Shown here: piece after piece, positions 61,459-64,000 of the stretch
Numbering within the stretch: the stretch's first letter is position 1
Layout: every line of letters starts with the position of its first letter
NCBI GenBank assembly: GCA_964645585.1
Contig: CAZYAN010000009.1
Location: 18,480 to 82,479 of the forward strand
Origin: an uncultured Opitutales bacterium
GTDB lineage: Bacteria; Verrucomicrobiota; Verrucomicrobiia; Opitutales; T3Sed10-336
Reading direction: 5' to 3'
Length of the DNA: 64,000 bases
Position numbers and translations under genes: made by a program
Notes under the pieces: model-generated
What the model saw: the letters and a program-made list of their open reading frames with translations, nothing else
What the model was told of the DNA's origin: nothing
Database searches by the model: none

Positions 61459-63174
61459 CTATTCCGCATGGGCGCTCCGGTCCGCGCCCGCGGTTTCCGA
61501 GCCAGCAACATGCTCCTCCGCGGCCGGTGCTTCGTCGCCCGACTCATCCTCAGGGACCGTCTCCTCCATCGGCTTGTCATTCTCCATCCGATCGTAAAGT
61601 GGCGGCGCCAGCAAAACCCGTTCGCCAGGCTCAAGGCCGCTGCGAATATGTACCATCCGATTGTTGTCATACCCGATTTCAACCGGGCGCGCGACCGGCG
61701 GGCCGCCCTTCTCCGGAAGGAGGTACACGTAGTGCTGATCGTTATATTTGATGACCGCCTGCAACGGCACGTAAACCACGTCCTTCAGTTCGTCGATGAC
61801 CACCTCCACCCGGCAGCTCATCCCGGTTCGCAGGCTGTGGGTGCCTGTGTCGATTTCGACTTCCGTCTTGTAGACCGTCAGATCCGGATTCAGCCAGACG
61901 CTTTGCGCGTCGGGCATCGGCGCGATTTTCCGGACCCTGCCTTCAAAATAAGTGCCGGGCCGGGCGTCGACTGTGATCCGTGCAGGCATGCCGACAGAGA
62001 TTCTGTCGAGGGAGGATTCGTGAACAGAGATGTCCGCGACCATTCCTTCCGATGAGGGAAGATAAATCAGTTCCTGGCGTTCGCTGATCTCCTGTCCAGC
62101 CTGGAGCGGCTCGTTATTGCCCCAGCGCCGCTGATTGGCGCTGGTTTCATACACGACCATCCCGGCGGCAGGAGCGCGAATCTTCGTGTAGGAAAGCTGC
62201 TGCTCGATTTCCGCCAGCTCGCGCTTCTCCTCTTCCAGCTTTTGGCGGGCCGAATCGAAATCCGCCTGCGCCTGCACAAGGTTCGCGTTCGCGGTCAATT
62301 TCACCCGGTCGAGCGCGCGCTCCGCCTGTTCGACATCGCTCCGCAACTGCTCCAGGTCCCGCCGGTGGGTGTACGTCTCCAGCAAGCGAAGCTGGCCTTC
62401 GGCGAGCTTCACCGCGACGCGAGCGCGCTCCATGGCCAAGCGATCGCCCTCGACCTCGAGTTCGGTAATAAATTCCTGCTGTGCGAGGGCGACCGAATCC
62501 TCGTACTGCTGCTGCGCCCGGATCAGCTCCTCGCGGGCGAGCTCGATTTCCGAAATCAGTTTCTCGCGCGCCTGGGCATACTCCCCATCCGCGGCGAGGT
62601 CGGATTCTGACCCGCCGCCTTCCGCCTCGCCGACAGGATTCTCAAGTTCGATGCCGGCACCGGCGAGCGCTTCCTGATCGCCGAGATAGCGGGCAAGATC
62701 CAGCCTCGCCAGACGCAGGGTCAGCTCGGCCGCCGCAATGTCGCTCTCGTTCTGGCTTTTGGTGACCGCAAGCTGCTCGCGGGCGCGGATGAATGTCGCT
62801 TCCGCGTTTTGCACTTCGATCCGCGACTCAACCAGATCGTTCTCCAGTTTGCTCGAATCAAATTCAGCTAACAGGTCGCCTTCCTCAACCACGGTTCCCT
62901 CCGGTACGACCCAGATGATCGTCGTCCGCCCTTTGATCCGGTTCGTGATGACTACCTGATCGCGGCTGCGCAAGGTGCCGGATTCGTTGACGCTGATCGT
63001 CAAATCTCCCCGCTTCGCTTCCGCCACCGGACCGTAGTCAGGAACTTCGCTGGTCATCCCCATCCAGGCCGTCACCGCGGCCCCGATAACCGCTAGTGCC
63101 GCCCCGAGAAAGATTCCCCGGCGAACGGCGCTCTTGCCCGGCTGCCTGTCTTTGGTTTCTGCTTCCGTCTTCAT
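61459..63174 (-). CDS. efflux periplasmic adaptor (HlyD/MacA family) with a long coiled-coil hairpin
   Basis: 571 aa with an N-terminal TM. The lipoyl-like motif is RIKGRTTIIWVVPEGTVVEEGDLLAEFDS. An extended heptad-rich region follows, then the beta-barrel/MP domains (YVYLLPEKGGPPVARPVEIG). The acidic C-terminal tail is unusual. Confidence 0.8.
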   Translation of the reverse strand: MKTEAETKDRQPGKSAVRRGIFLGAALAVIGAAVTAWMGMTSEVPDYGPVAEAKRGDLTISVNESGTLRSRDQVVITNRIKGRTTIIWVVPEGTVVEEGDLLAEFDSSKLENDLVESRIEVQNAEATFIRAREQLAVTKSQNESDIAAAELTLRLARLDLARYLGDQEALAGAGIELENPVGEAEGGGSESDLAADGEYAQAREKLISEIELAREELIRAQQQYEDSVALAQQEFITELEVEGDRLAMERARVAVKLAEGQLRLLETYTHRRDLEQLRSDVEQAERALDRVKLTANANLVQAQADFDSARQKLEEEKRELAEIEQQLSYTKIRAPAAGMVVYETSANQRRWGNNEPLQAGQEISERQELIYLPSSEGMVADISVHESSLDRISVGMPARITVDARPGTYFEGRVRKIAPMPDAQSVWLNPDLTVYKTEVEIDTGTHSLRTGMSCRVEVVIDELKDVVYVPLQAVIKYNDQHYVYLLPEKGGPPVARPVEIGYDNNRMVHIRSGLEPGERVLLAPPLYDRMENDKPMEETVPEDESGDEAPAAEEHVAGSETAGADRSAHAE

Positions 63175-63241
63175 CTGGTCAGTCCTGTTACTTGGGTAAA
63201 AATGCCAAATTCCCCGATTGGTTTCTCAACTTTTCCAAATC

Positions 63242-64000
63242 TCACCCCTCTCCGCCGCCAAGCTCCGGTTCGCCGGCCGCTGCCGGATCAAATTCCTCCC
63301 ACAGTCCTCGCTCGTTGATCCCGAGCACCCCGAGATCTCGCTGGAATGCCAGCTCGGCGATCCGGTAGCTGACAAGCGCATCGACCCGGCTGTTCTGGGC
63401 ATTGAGCAAATCTTCGTTCGCTTCAAGCACATCCCGGGTTTCGGCACGGCCGGCTTCCTGAAAGGCCTGCGCCTGGCGGACGCGGCGCTCAGCGATATCC
63501 AGCGCCCGCATGCGAATCTGATAATTCTCGCGCTGCTGGAGAAGGTTGCGCAATCCGTTGCGAACGTCCAATTTTACTTGGTCTTCCAAGGCTTGAAGGT
63601 TGCGAACGGATTGCTCGACTTCCAGCAGGCTCCGGCGGAACGCGAGGCCCTCGGCCCGTCGCGACCACGGAAGGTCCGCCTCCAGTCCGATCGAGTAGAT
63701 CCCGGTCGACGACGGGTCGAGCCGCGCGTTGGCAAGCCCGGCGGAGCCGATTCCCCGGCGCTCACCGACAGAGGCGCTGCCGATCAAATTCAGCCCCGGC
63801 CGCAGCGCATCGGCCGCGACCACCACCCGCCGCTGAGCGTCCTCGACTTCGCCCTCGGCAATTCGCAGATCGAGCCGATTCTCCCACGCCAGCTCGATCG
63901 CGCGCGCCTCAGCGATTTCATAGCGGCCGCCGACTCCGTCGCCGCGCAACTTGAGTTCGTCCGTCGCGGCCGCGTCGGTGTCGCCCGCGTCACCCAAAAT
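63242..64000 (-). CDS. TolC-family outer membrane efflux protein, C-terminal half; the gene starts beyond the right edge
   Basis: The frame stays open to position 64000. The repeat-2 helices are typical of TolC/OprM-type proteins (LDLRIAEGEVEDAQRRV..., VRQAQAFQEAGRAETRDVLEANEDLLNAQNSRVDALVSYRIAELAFQRDLG). Confidence 0.75.
   Translation of the reverse strand: MLGDAGDTDAAATDELKLRGDGVGGRYEIAEARAIELAWENRLDLRIAEGEVEDAQRRVVVAADALRPGLNLIGSASVGERRGIGSAGLANARLDPSSTGIYSIGLEADLPWSRRAEGLAFRRSLLEVEQSVRNLQALEDQVKLDVRNGLRNLLQQRENYQIRMRALDIAERRVRQAQAFQEAGRAETRDVLEANEDLLNAQNSRVDALVSYRIAELAFQRDLGVLGINERGLWEEFDPAAAGEPELGGGEG

Overview
High-GC (roughly 60-65% by eye) bacterial chromosomal segment. It is Gram-negative in type (LptF/G permease, TolC-family protein, system-II cytochrome c biogenesis). 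It probably comes from the PVC superphylum (Verrucomicrobiota-like). That placement is inference only, based on an H-X9-DG pseudopilin-type gene fragment, a giant FG-GAP/LamG surface protein and many 4-nt GTGA/ATGA gene overlaps. About 39% of the window (4449-29377, minus strand) is one tightly packed four-gene operon. It is led by an 18.1-kb ORF (6,027 aa), a mosaic of PPC-like, LamG, SbsA-type Ig, 7-bladed FG-GAP propeller, I-set Ig, CARDB, InlB-B-like, FN3 and beta-helix modules. The ORF ends in a Hedgehog/intein-type (Hint) autoprocessing domain with only 19 residues after it. It is followed by a 1,326-aa beta-propeller protein, a cysteine-free tandem rhodanese-like protein and a 639-aa secreted repeat protein. 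I consider this the most unusual system in the window. The other genes are mostly housekeeping or accessory metabolism. They include two sodium:solute symporters (one with a DUF4212 partner), MscS, CoaC, CcsA/ResB, RlmI and LptF/G. There is also a methyltransferase-flavoprotein-type III PKS cluster, NIF3, a MidA-type methyltransferase and an O-antigen-ligase/TPR protein. The rest are dnaX preceded by the SRP RNA, Mn-catalase, two FAD oxidoreductases and a TolC-adaptor-MacB-type permease operon. RNA genes are tRNA-Arg(CCG), tRNA-Gly(CCC), a decayed inverted tRNA-Gly-like copy, and the 4.5S-type SRP RNA. dnaX carries an A10 run containing the classic A_AAA_AAG heptamer. The genomic frame stops one codon later, while the -1 frame stays open for about 128 more codons. 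I saw no CRISPR array, rRNA, transposase or integrase. All domain calls are by-eye motif recognition without database searches, and domain coordinates are approximate (about +/-30 nt).
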